Shown here piece by piece: positions 12,831-24,700 of a stretch of 64,000 nt of DNA (position 1 is its first letter; each line of letters starts with the position of its first letter). The DNA is from Eledone cirrhosa (taxonomy: Eukaryota), in the NCBI GenBank assembly GCA_964016885.1, contig OZ024757.1, forward strand, positions 41,540,001-41,604,000, written 5' to 3'. The notes under the pieces are model-generated. The model worked only from the letters and a program-made list of their open reading frames with translations. It searched no databases and was not told the DNA's origin. The position numbers were made by a program, and so were the translations under genes.

Positions 12831-15093
12831 TTTTGTAGATTTATAGTTTTGTAGTTGTATGGTTATGTTGTGTGGTTAGTTGTGTTGTTAGTGGTGTTGT
12901 TAGTTGTGTAGTTAGTTGAGTTGTTGTGTAGTTGCATCAATAGAAACATCTACTGGTGGAGAGGTTGTGTGATTTTAAAGTTGTGTTGTTGTGTGGCTGT
13001 GTTGTTTTGATCCTAGATCTCATTCACTTGCCGAGTGGGATGGACCTTACTCATCAAATCTGTCTTACAAAACAATGTTTCCATTGTTTTGTAAGTCAGA
13101 TTTGATTTCCATTGTTGATATTATCTCCCAGTCACAACTCCTGGCTGAAGGAGCAACATGAAATAAAGTGTCTTGCTCAAGGACATAATACATCACCTGG
13201 TCCGAGAATCACACTTGCAACCTCACGATTGTGAATCCAACTCTGTAACCACTAAACTGCATGTGTACGTGTGTGTTATATAAGTTGGGTGTGCTGGTGC
13301 AATGACAATAAGTTACCATATCCACCCTGTAAAGAAGAAGAAGAAGAAGATGGAATCTTACTTAACATTATGGGAAGGGAGGAGGTAGTTTAAATTTAAA
13401 TATAAATATAGATACAAACCATTTAAAAAATGACTGGTTTTTGTGTGATAGAATCTTCGATAATCTCAGGTGTGATGGTATAGAATGGGTTAAGTTGGTT
13501 AGGTAATGGTTTTCAAAGGAAAGAGGGATTGAATGATATCAAAGTGGAAATCACTTGGTGACAAAAATGCAGTGAAAAGGAATAAGTCGTAAAACGGATT
13601 AGATGAATTAAAACTGTGAAATAAAACATGGTTGGATTGGAGAAAGGGGGGGGGGAGGTAAAGTCTTAAAGTGGATACTGAAATCGGGAGAGTTTCCATA
13701 ATGGAGAAAATGTACATTTCACCATTAACGGATTAAAGGTATTAAATAAATAAATACATGAAAAAATAAATAACATAAAATAAAAGTGTAACGTAAAAGG
13801 TAAAAAAAAGCCGCGAGAAAGAGTTGTTAAGTAAATAAAGATAAAAGAATAAAATAAAGATAAATATATCTGGACCTTTTTTCTTTTTTTTTTTTGGAAA
13901 GGTATGGAAGTGTGTGGCCTAGTGGTAAGGGTGTTAAACTTATGACCAAAAAGTTGTGAGTTCAATTCCTGGACTGAGTTGCATGTTGTGTTCTTGAGCA
14001 AAATACTTCATTTCATGTTGCTCCAGTAAACTCAGCTGAAAATGAGTACCAGTAATAACTGGGAGTTTAACCCTGCAATAGACTGGCGTCCTGTCCAGGG
14101 GAGAGTATTGTACTCTCAGTTGCTTAACACCATGGAAACCAGGATAAGCACCAGCCTGAGTGTTAGGTGCTTTTTGTTCTGACACTTACAATTAATTAAG
14201 AATTTTGAAGGATTTACTAATATTATTAATTGTTTCATTACTAAGATAGTAACTTAATGTAAGGTTCTTATCTAAAATTATGTTGGAAGATTTTAATTTA
14301 AAGAGCAACCCTTTAAAATAGTTGTATTTCATAGAACTGGAACCCGTTTCAGATGGGTTAGCATCAAAAATGTTTAATGAAGAATTTTGAAGGATTTACT
14401 AAATTTTAAATTATTTAATTCCTAAAATAGTAACTTAACATATGGTTCTTATTATATTAAATTATATTAAAAGATTTTAATTTAAATAGGAACAATTTAA
14501 AAGGGGTGGTTTTGTTTCATAGAACCAGAACGGATTTTAGCTGGGTTGGTATCAAAAGGATTAATAAAGAATTTTGAGAGATTTACTAAAATTATTATTT
14601 ATTTCATTATTGCAATAAAAACTTAACATATGGTTTTTGAATAAAATTATGTTAGAAAATGATATACATTACATATGTGTTTCAATTAATATTGTAATTT
14701 AATAAAATAATTTAATTTTTCATTAGTAAGCTGAAATATAGAACATAAGACAGAGTCATTAGAACTTTGGATAGAATGCTTTGTGGTGTTCATTCCAGCT
14801 CTCTGAGTTCAAATCCCACCAAGATCAATTCTGCCTTTCATCCATTCGAGGTCAATAATAAAAGTACCAGTCAAGTAATGGGGTCAATTCTTCCTCTGAG
14901 TTAAACTCTGCCTTTCATCCATTCGAGGTCAATAAAAAAGTACCACTGTCTGGAAGAAATCTGTATTCAGACCTGGAGAGGAGATGGCTCTCCCTGGCTT
15001 AAAATGCCTAAGAAACTCTATATGTCAACACAGAAAACCTAAAACCTATAACTACATCATGAGGTACGGGACCATATCATACCATTTAGAATA

Positions 15094-15535
15094 TTCTTCT
15101 TCTTCTTCACCCATTTATTCCTGAGAGGGTCATGGTGGCAGTCCTCAAACACTCCTTCCAGTGGGTCCTGTCAAAAGCAACTATCTCCAACTAATCTGGC
15201 TGGATCCTCAAGCGAGACCAGCCAAGCTCATGGATGTTATCCAACCATCTTGCTTGGTGTCTACCCTTGGGTCTCCTGTTAGTTTGTTTTGTCCATAAAA
15301 CCTGTCCAATGATTCTTTCCTTAGACATTCTAACCACATGTCCATAGTAACAGAGCTGTTATCTCTCAAGTCAAAGAAGTAGCAGCTCTACCTGGAGTGA
15401 CTCTGTCATCTCCGAGCTATACACTCTCTTATGTAATGTTATTCCAAAGACCTTTCGGAGGAATTCTATTTCAACAGCTTGTATTCACAATCATATTCTT
15501 TCGGTCATTACCAAAGATTCATGACCATATGTAAG
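15094..15535 (-). mobile_element. 5'-truncated, decayed RTE-clade (Rex3/Expander-like) LINE 3' fragment
   Basis: Minus-strand translation with stops: YGHESLVMTERI..EFLRKVFG..YYGHVVRM..RRPKGRH..RWLDNI; (GAA)n tail. Confidence 0.85.
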
Positions 15536-16193
15536 CTACATTCCATGCCAGTATATATAATGTATCACTCCTACTCAGTGTGTGTGGAACTATCAAAAAC
15601 CTTGCAAGAAGTATGATGTATGGATTATAAAAGTACGAAAGAGCAAAAGGTTTAAAGTTTTTCTGTCACGTATAATATTTCCGTTGTTACTGAAGTATGG
15701 AAATTGAAAGACTTTATGAAGTGTAGAATGAATCAGCCATCTTCGTATGAGGCAGTTCTGTACTGTGATGTAATGTAAGAATTCTAACTATTCAAGAACT
15801 GTTATTTATTGTACAAAAACCAATACCAATGGTAAACAAGACTTAACATGAATGAGACAGAAATTTTTTTTTAATGTAGAAAAAATATCTTGGATTGGAT
15901 TAGAAAAAGATAGAATATAGAGAGAAGGGTTAAGAAAATGAGTAAGATTCACATCTCATCTCCGGGATACGATATATATGATGGCGTATGTGTGTGTATA
16001 TATATATATATATGTGTGTGTGGTTGACAGACAAGAGAAAAGAGTACTCAGTACTGAAGCAGAGTTTAAATGTTCATTTTATTGAGGCTAAATAGTGAGT
16101 TTTGTTACTCTGGAGTTATGCCTGTAGGTATATATACATTTGTATCTGTGTGTGTATATATATATATACATTTATATCTATCTATATACACAC

Positions 16194-16234
<41 letters not shown>

Positions 16235-16503
16235 ATATATATATACATATACATACATATATAGAGAGATAGGTAGCTGGATGGATAGATAGATATAGTA
16301 TAAGTTTATACATCTATACGTACGTATGCATATATATATATATATATATATAGGAACAAGTATAAACGGCTTGAGCTCTGCCGTTGGGGTCATACTTGTT
16401 CATACTACCCTAAGTTTTGAGTACTTTGGTGCCTTATGGTCCATCTGGTTCCTTAGCACAATTCCTTTGTTATATATATCCATATATATATACATATATA
16501 TAC

Positions 16504-16551
<48 letters not shown>

Positions 16552-16718
16552 TATATATTTATTAAAGTTTAAGCAAAGAATCGCTGCTTTCACCCTTAAT
16601 GGGAATCTGTTATTTTAATAAATATTTGCTCTACGGTTCTTATATATTTGATATATATTTATCCTTATCGAGCCCTCTTTGGATTTTAGTCTTCAAATTT
16701 ATTATTATTACTATATAT

Positions 16719-16752
<34 letters not shown>

Positions 16753-16784
16753 ATGAGTATATATATATATATTATATGTATACG

Positions 16785-16942
16785 TAGGTCCCGGGTTGAG
16801 TCGGGGATAACCACAGTAAGTAAGGTACTCAATACATGGCAGAGTAAATTTTCTTTTATTTTATAGAAGGAGCTTCTACAGGACTAGTACTGTTTCATTC
16901 AGATGAATGAAACAGTACTAGTCCTGTAGAAGCTCCTTCTAT
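16785..16942 (-). mobile_element. Short hammerhead-family element (family HH-A) ending in a perfect 38-bp-arm fold-back
   Basis: Palindrome 16863-16900/16905-16942; body shared with 7272-7315, 34929-35070, 38315-38510 and 63934-64000. Confidence 0.75.
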
Positions 16943-17017
16943 TATATGTATATATATATATATATCATCATCATCATTTTACATCCGCTTTTCCCTGCTT
17001 GCAAGATATATATATAT

Positions 17018-17050
<33 letters not shown>

Positions 17051-17058
17051 TATATATT

Positions 17059-17097
<39 letters not shown>

Positions 17098-17891
17098 ATG
17101 TGTGTGTGTGTATCAGTAATCAGTTGTGATCAATTCAATCAATGTCAGCTGTTAGCCGTCAAAAATTGGTTTGTTTCAAGTCAAAAGACTTGACAAATAG
17201 GGAGAAATGTTTTGTGATCAAAAATAATTTTCTCATCAAAATGGCTTTAAATGTTTCAATGTTTCAGTCGTGTTTTTTTGTCTGTTTTCGTCTGTTTTTT
17301 TGTTTGATTTTTGTGTTTTACGTCTGGGTTTTTTTTGTTTGTTTGTTTTTTTTTTTTTTTTTTGGGGGGGGGGGGGGTTGTACTTTTTTGTGTTTTTTGT
17401 GTTCTTTATATTTTTATAAGTAATTTTTGTGTGTTTTTTTAAGTGTGTTTTTATGATGTTTTCGTGTTTTTTTTTTGGGGGGGGGGTTATTGTGTGTCTT
17501 ATTTGCTTTTTTAATCTTATATTTTTATATTTTGGGGGTATATTTTGTGTGTTTTGGGGTTCTTTCTCTTATTTTTTTATGTGTGTGTTTTTACAATTTT
17601 TTTTATTTGGTGGCTGGGGTGGGGTAGGTGTTGCTGTGTTACTATTTGTTGTTTTAATCAGATTTAGTAAATTGTATCTGACCAAAACAACAGATAGCAA
17701 CTAACCAGTCAAGACAACAAAGAAATTCTTTGGTGATTTATATTTTGTTAATGGTCTCTGCCTTTTTTATTCTGTTTCCCTCACCCACCCAGGGCCAGAT
17801 TTAATGTGGGGTCAAAGGGGGCAATATCCCCCCCCCCCCCCCGTTGTGAGGGGCACCTCCAGCAATGATCATAGCAATTTATTTATGGCCT

Positions 17892-18300
17892 CAGAATGTC
17901 TCTGGAACTAATCACTGGACAGATTTTACAGGCAAAACCAACTGGCAGGTGACCCTGGTGTAGAACCCGGGGTAGACTCTGAACAAAACTAGTTGGATAA
18001 CATTCATGGCCTTGATTGGTCTCAGGTAAGAATCACTGGACAGATTTTATGGTCAAAACCAATTGGCAGAAGACCCAGAGGTAAACCTCGAGCAAGATGT
18101 TTGGATAACACCCATGGGATCGGCTGGTCTCATTTGGGGGATCCAGTCAGATCAGGTGGAGACAGCTGCTTCTGACAGGACCTGCTGGGAGGAGTATTTG
18201 AGGACTCTCCTCCCATGACCCTCTCAGGTATAAGTGGGCAAAGAAGAATAATAATAAGGTGAAGAAGAAGGAGAGGAAGAAGGAGAAGAAGAAGAAAGAA
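17892..18300 (+). mobile_element. RTE-clade (Rex3/Expander-like) 3' fragment with an internal tandem duplication
   Basis: ITGQILWSKPIGRRPRGKPRARCLDNTHG..; about 120 bp duplicated; (GAA)n tail; homologous to 15094-15535. Confidence 0.8.
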
Positions 18301-18854
18301 GACTATTTTGACATCAATTCCAGTAAAACTGGAAGAAAGTTAACAACTGCTTCATAACTAAAGATAGATCTAGTAGGACATGGACCTGAAAGTGAGGAAG
18401 GAATGAAATTACTCTTTATTAATTGATAGGTATGACAACTGCCAACAGTATTATGACAACAAATATTATTGGGAGAGAAATAAATGAATAATAAAATAAT
18501 GTTTTTTATTGAACTAATGAAATTAATGATAACAACCAGAGTGATATATCTTTACATTTCATCTAAAGAGAGAAATTGTTTGTAAATTTAGAAAGACATA
18601 AAAATGATGATGATGGTGGTCATAGTGATGGTGATGATGGTGGTCGAGGTGGTGGTGATGATGGTGGTGATGATGATAGTGCTGCTGATGGTGATGATGA
18701 TGATGATGGTGGTGGTGGTGATGGTGATGGAGGTGATGTTTCTATATTTGACAAATGGCCAGTAATTATATATATAAGGTAATAAAAAACGATATCTCAT
18801 TTAATATATATATATATGTATATGTATATATATGTATGTATATATATATAGTGA

Positions 18855-18910
18855 TTCACACCGAGCTGAGGATCCACATAAGGTGAAACATTTGTTCTCG
18901 GTATGGTGAA
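18855..18910 (+). ncRNA. Minimal type-I hammerhead ribozyme motif
   Basis: accgag CTGAGGA tCCacataaGGt GAAA CATTTG TT ctcggt; 6-bp stem I extended by ttcac/gtgaa; weak stem II. Confidence 0.55.
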
Positions 18911-18949
18911 CTAACTGTTGTGGAACTACTTCTATATATATGTTTGTAT

Positions 18950-19080
18950 AAGGTAAACAATAATAACAACACCATCAGTACAGTATATGGAAGGAATATA
19001 TTAGGTTAACGCTTGATATAGCAGGAAGAGGCTCTTAACGTTTCAGATGCTAGTCCTTCGTCAGAAGAAAGAATGAGAAA
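18950..19080 (-). mobile_element. Penelope-like pLTR remnant with a minimal hammerhead (family HH-B); second copy at 36700-36825 (plus)
   Basis: Minus: tctt CTGACGA A GGA ctagca TCT GAAA CG TT aaga. Plus copy: CTGATGA A GGAC tagt GTTC GAAA CG TC aaga. The downstream 90 bp is shared. Confidence 0.7.
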
Positions 19081-19422
19081 TAAGATAGGTTGAAGGGACG
19101 GGCGGGTTGGAATTGGAAAATATGTCTTTAGATAAAAATAACATCTCTTGTAAAACTATTGGTGCTGGCGTTTTGTGTATGATTTATTTTTTAGAAAAGT
19201 GGATGGTATCTATATATATATACACATATATGTGTATATATATACATGTGTGTATGTATATATATAGAGAGAGATACCCACCTGTACACATGTGTATGTT
19301 TGTGTGTAAAGATAGATGTAGAAAAAATTGACAAAACATACTTTAACATGTTCTACCTGATTTTTGCATCTGAACATTTTGAAGATCTTTTAACTTTGAT
19401 GTTTAAAATCATTTTCCACCTG

Positions 19423-19473
<51 letters not shown>

Positions 19474-19474
19474 T

Positions 19475-19507
<33 letters not shown>

Positions 19508-19562
19508 ATATGAGTGTGTGTGCGTGTGATATATATATATAAAATGATGATGATGATATATA

Positions 19563-19620
<58 letters not shown>

Positions 19621-20143
19621 TCAAACAATTTTTTTTTTGGTTTTTCTCAATTCAAAAATTTTGATATATTAAACTTCAAGTGTTTTAGTGATTGCAATAT
19701 GAAGAGAACATCACAGAAACTTCTTCTTCCGCATGTTGTTGCTCTTGTTGTGGTTGGTGGTGGTGGTGGTTGGTGTTGTTGTTGGTGTCAGTTGTGATGA
19801 TGGTGGGGGTGGTGGTGCTGCTGGTGGTCGTGGTGTCAGTTGTGATGATGGTGGTGCTGGTGGTGGTGGTGGTGTCAGTTGTGATGGTGGTGCTGGTGGT
19901 GGTCATGATGAAGTAGATAGATAAATCTACAATGTGTAAAACTATCTGTTCATAGTAATTATTATTATTATAGATTGGCAGTATTGGTAGAGGGTCGGAC
20001 ACCATGCTTTGACGCATAGAGTTACGGCCCTTTATGGTCTGAGTTCAAATGCTGCCGAGGTTAACTTTGCCTTTCATTCTTATGGGGTTGATAAAATAAA
20101 GTACCAGTAATGCACTGGAGTAATTGCTGGCCTGGTGCCAAAA

Positions 20144-20861
20144 GACTTCTGAGGGACATTTGTGGAGAAAGCCCATTAAAAGGCCACAGTGACCCTGACC
20201 ACCAGAGCAAGTGCCCTCTCCCAGTTTTCCACCTTTAATTTACAGACACATACTCAGAGTAGGCCCATCATTCGGGCCATACTTGCTTCTCTCACCCATC
20301 TTTCAACAAAATGCTGGGAAGAGAGCACTTCCCTCTCTACCCTGATTTTCCTTTTCAAATGAAATTTGAAAAAGTTAATCAGGGCATCACCGAAGAAGTA
20401 AGTGCTCGTCTTCAGCCCTTTCAAACGTGTCCACCATACTATCTCTTTCGCCATGGCCACCAAACAGATAAAAACTGCCTGCTCTTCCCGGCTAAAGGAA
20501 GAGGGCGGAGCAATCCTCACGATGGACTCAGCTGATAGCTGGATCCGTCCTACACGTGACAGCAGGTGTTCGACATAAACCCACAAGTCAGCAATGCTCG
20601 GACACTGGACGAATGTGTGCAGGATGGTTTCAACACGCTGCGCGCATCTCGGACATGCCCGGCTGACGGCACCTCCATGCCTGTAGAGTTTATCCCGAAC
20701 TGGCAAAGCTCCTCGGTAGCACTGCCAGGCCAGGGATTTCTGGAAGTTGTCCATAGGCCCCGGCCCGAAAGTCCTTCTGAAGAGATTGGCTAGTTGATTT
20801 TCATCGACGCCTAGAGTTTCTCCAAGTACATCGTCGCTCTTCCTCTCCACTAATCCTCTAT
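20144..20861 (-). mobile_element. Truncated copy of the Tx1/L1 element (ORF2 C-terminal zf-RVT region plus part of the 3' UTR)
   Basis: Colinear with about 41815-42531; ORF 20254..20901 matches ORF2 residues from RGLVE to MARM. Confidence 0.95.
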
Positions 20862-21090
20862 TAGTAATGAAGTGAATTAGACAGATACAAGTCTGGAGCA
20901 AAAAAAAGGAAAATACATTATTGTAGCTTTGTCAAGGAAGAGATTAAAAATTCCTATCACAAATTAAAAATTTTCCTAACGACTGAACAAGCAATGAAGC
21001 TATTGTGTACTAAGTTGTTGTTGCTGTTGTTGCCATTGTTGTTGCTGTTGTTGTTGTAAGAAACCATTTTCATCATTGTGATTATCATTG

Positions 21091-21121
<31 letters not shown>

Positions 21122-21511
21122 ATATATATATATATGTATATATATATGTATATATAGCTATGTGTGTGTATAAGTATGTATGTGTCTGTATATATATATA
21201 TATGTGTGTGTGTGTATATATATATGTATATATAGATATATGTGTGTGTATAAGTATGTATGTATATATATATATATATATATATATACTCACCCACACA
21301 CATATTGTTTTTTGTTCTCTTTTTGTTACTGCTGATGTTGCAGTCATTGGTGTTTTTTTTTTTGTGTTGTAATTGGTGATGTTGTTGTTGTTATTTACTT
21401 GAGAGATAGTCTTCAGACAATTCTGTACTCAACCACAACTCTAATTGTTTTTACTCCAATCACGATCACTCTAGATTACCGATAAAAGACAGAAAATAGA
21501 AACTAAGATGG

Positions 21512-21741
21512 ACACAGGTATGGGTGTGTGGTGAAAGAGTTCACTATGTGATGAATTATTCTCACCATGGGGCTCCTTGAGGAAATATCTTCTACTCTAC
21601 CATAGCCTGTCTTGTGGGTTAGTCCCACAAGATGTAGGTGTGGCTGTGTGGTGAAAGAGTTCGCTCAGTAATCACAGGGTTTTGAGTTTAGTATTACTGT
21701 GTGGCACTTTGTGACTCCTTCGGGGACCTTGGGGTAAATGG
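21512..21741 (+). mobile_element. Two degenerate tRNA-derived SINE heads (family C) immediately upstream of the satellite
   Basis: GTGGCTGTGTGGTGAAAGAGTT A-box-like head, then GAGTTTAGTATTACTGTGTGGCAC, leading into the satellite unit. Confidence 0.7.
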
Positions 21742-24700
21742 TTTCTACTGTAGCCTCAGGTTGACCAATGTCTTGTGGGTCAGTCCTACTGTGTGGTACC
21801 TTGGACAAGTATTTTCTACTGTAGCCTCAGGTTGACCAGTGTCTTGTGGGTCAGTCCTACTGTGTGGTACCTTGGACAAGTATTTTCTACTGTAGCCTCA
21901 GGTTGACCAGTGTCTTGTGGGTCAGTCCTACTGTGTGGTACCTTAGACAAGTATTTTCTACTGTAGCCTCAGGTTGACCAATGTCTTGTGGGTCAGTCCT
22001 ACTGTGTGGTACCTTGGACAAGTATTTTCTACTGTAGCCTCAAGTTGACCAATGTCTTGTGGGTCAGTCCTACTGTGTGGTACCTTGGATAAGTATTTTC
22101 TACTGTAGCCTCAGGTTGACCAATGTCTTGTGGGTCAGTCCTACTGTGTGGTACCTTGGATAAGTATTTTCTACTGTAGCCTCAGGTTGACCAATGTCTT
22201 GTGGGTCAGTCCTACTGTGTGGTACCTTGGATAAGTATTTTCTACTGTAGCCTCAAGTTGACCAGTGTCTTGTGGGTCAGTCCTACTGTGTGGTACCTTG
22301 GATAAGTATTTTCTACTGTAGCCTCAGGTTGACCAATGTCTTGTGGGTCAGTCCTACTGTGTGGTACCTTGGATAAGTATTTTCTACTGTAGCCTCAAGT
22401 TGACCAATGTCTTGTGGGTCAGTCCTACTGTGTGGTACCTTGGATAAGTATTTTCTACTGTAGCCTCAGATTGACCAATGTCTTGTGGGTCAGTCCTACT
22501 GTGTGGTACCTTAGACAAGTATTTTCTACTGTAGCCTCAGATTGACCAATGTCTTGTGGGTCAGTCCTACTGTGTGGTACCTTGGATAAGTATTTTCTAC
22601 TGTAGCCTCAGGTTGACCAGTGTCTTGTGGGTCAGTCCTACTGTGTGGTACCTTAGACAAGTATTTTCTACTGTAGCCTCAGGTTGACCAATGTCTTGTG
22701 GGTCAGTCCTACTGTGTGGTACCTTAGACAAGTATTTTCTACTGTAGCCTCAGGTTGACCAATGTCTTGTGGGTCAGTCCTACTGTGTGGTACCTTGGAC
22801 AAGTATTTTCTACTGTAGCCTCAGGTTGACCAATGTCTTGTGGGTCAGTCCTACTGTGTGGTACCTTAGACAAGTATTTTCTACTGTAGCCTCAGGTTGA
22901 CCAATGTCTTGTGGGTCAGTCCTACTGTGTGGTACCTTGGATAAGTATTTTCTACTGTAGCCTCAAGTTGACCAATGTCTTGTGGGTCAGTTCTACTGTG
23001 TGGTACCTTGGATAAGTATTTTCTACTGTAGCCTCAAGTTGACCAGTGTCTTGTGGGTCAGTCCTACTGTGTGGTACCTTGGATAAGTATTTTCTACTGT
23101 AGCCTCAAGTTGACCAATGTCTTGTGGGTCAGTTCTACTGTGTGGTACCTTGGATAAGTATTTTCTACTGTAGCCTCAGGTTGACCAGTGTCTTGTGGGT
23201 CAGTCCTACTGTGTGGTACCTTGGATAAGTATTTTCTACTGTAGCCTCAAGTTGACCAATGTCTTGTGGGTCAGTTCTACTGTGTGGTACCTTGGATAAG
23301 TATTTTCTACTGTAGCCTCAGGTTGACCAGTGTCTTGTGGGTCAGTCATACTGTGTGGTACCTTAGATAAGTATTTTCTACTGTAGCCTCAGGTTGACCA
23401 ATGTCTTGTGGGTCAGTTCTACTGTGTGGTACCTTGGATAAGTATTTTCTACTGTAGCCTCAGATTGACCAGTGTCTTGTGGGTCAGTCATACTGTGTGG
23501 TACCTTAGATAAGTATTTTCTACTGTAGCCTCAGGTTGACCAATGTCTTGTGGGTCAGTTCTACTGTGTGGTACCTTGGATAAGTATTTTCTACTGTAGC
23601 CTCAGGTTGACCAATGTCTTGTGGGTCAGTCATACTGTGTGGTACCTTGGATAAGTATTTTCTACTGTAGCCTCAGGTTGACCAATGTCTTGTGGGTCAG
23701 TCATACTGTGTGGTACCTTGGATAAGTATTTTCTACTGTAGCCTCAGGTTGACCAATGTCTTGTGGGTCAGTCCTACTGTGTGGTACCTTGGATAAGTAT
23801 TTTCTACTGTAGCCTCAGGTTGACCAATGTCTTGTGGGTCAGTCCTACTGTGTGGTACCTTGGATAAGTATTTTCTACTGTAGCCTCAGGTTGACCAATG
23901 TCTTGTGGGTCAGTCATACTGTGTGGTACCTTGGATAAGTATTTTCTACTGTAGCCTCAGGTTGACCAATGTCTTGTGGGTCAGTCCTACTGTGTGGTAC
24001 CTTGGATAAGTATTTTCTACTGTAGCCTCAGGTTGACCAATGTCTTGTGGGTCAGTCCTACTGTGTGGTACCTTGGATAAGTATTTTCTACTGTAGCCTC
24101 AGGTTGACCAATGTCTTGTGGGTCAGTCCTACTGTGTGGTACCTTAGACAAGTATTTTCTACTGTAGCCTCAGATTGACCAATGTCTTGTGGGTCAGTCC
24201 TACTGTGTGGTACCTTGGATAAGTATTTTCTACTGTAGCCTCAGGTTGACCAGTGTCTTGTGGGTCAGTCCTACTGTGTGGTACCTTAGACAAGTATTTT
24301 CTACTGTAGCCTCAGGTTGACCAATGTCTTGTGGGTCAGTCCTACTGTGTGGTACCTTGGACAAGTATTTTCTACTGTAGCCTCAGATTGACCAATGTCT
24401 TGTGGGTCAGTCCTACTGTGTGGTACCTTGGACAAGTATTTTCTACTGTAGCCTCAGATTGACCAGTGTCTTGTGGGTCAGTCCTACTGTGTGGTACCTT
24501 GGATAAGTATTTTCTACTGTAGCCTCAGATTGACCAATGTCTTGTGGGTCAGTCATACTGTGTGGTACCTTGGATAAGTATTTTCTACTGTAGCCTCAGA
24601 TTGACCAATGTCTTGTGGGTCAGTCCTACTGTGTGGTACCTTGGATAAGTATTTTCTACTGTAGCCTCAGATTGACCAATGTCTTGTGGGTCAGTCCTAC

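Noticed and set aside
16575-16610. Additional hammerhead-like fragments (also near 6070, 31253 and 39640)
   Set aside because: Only one of the two core motifs is present, or stem I cannot form
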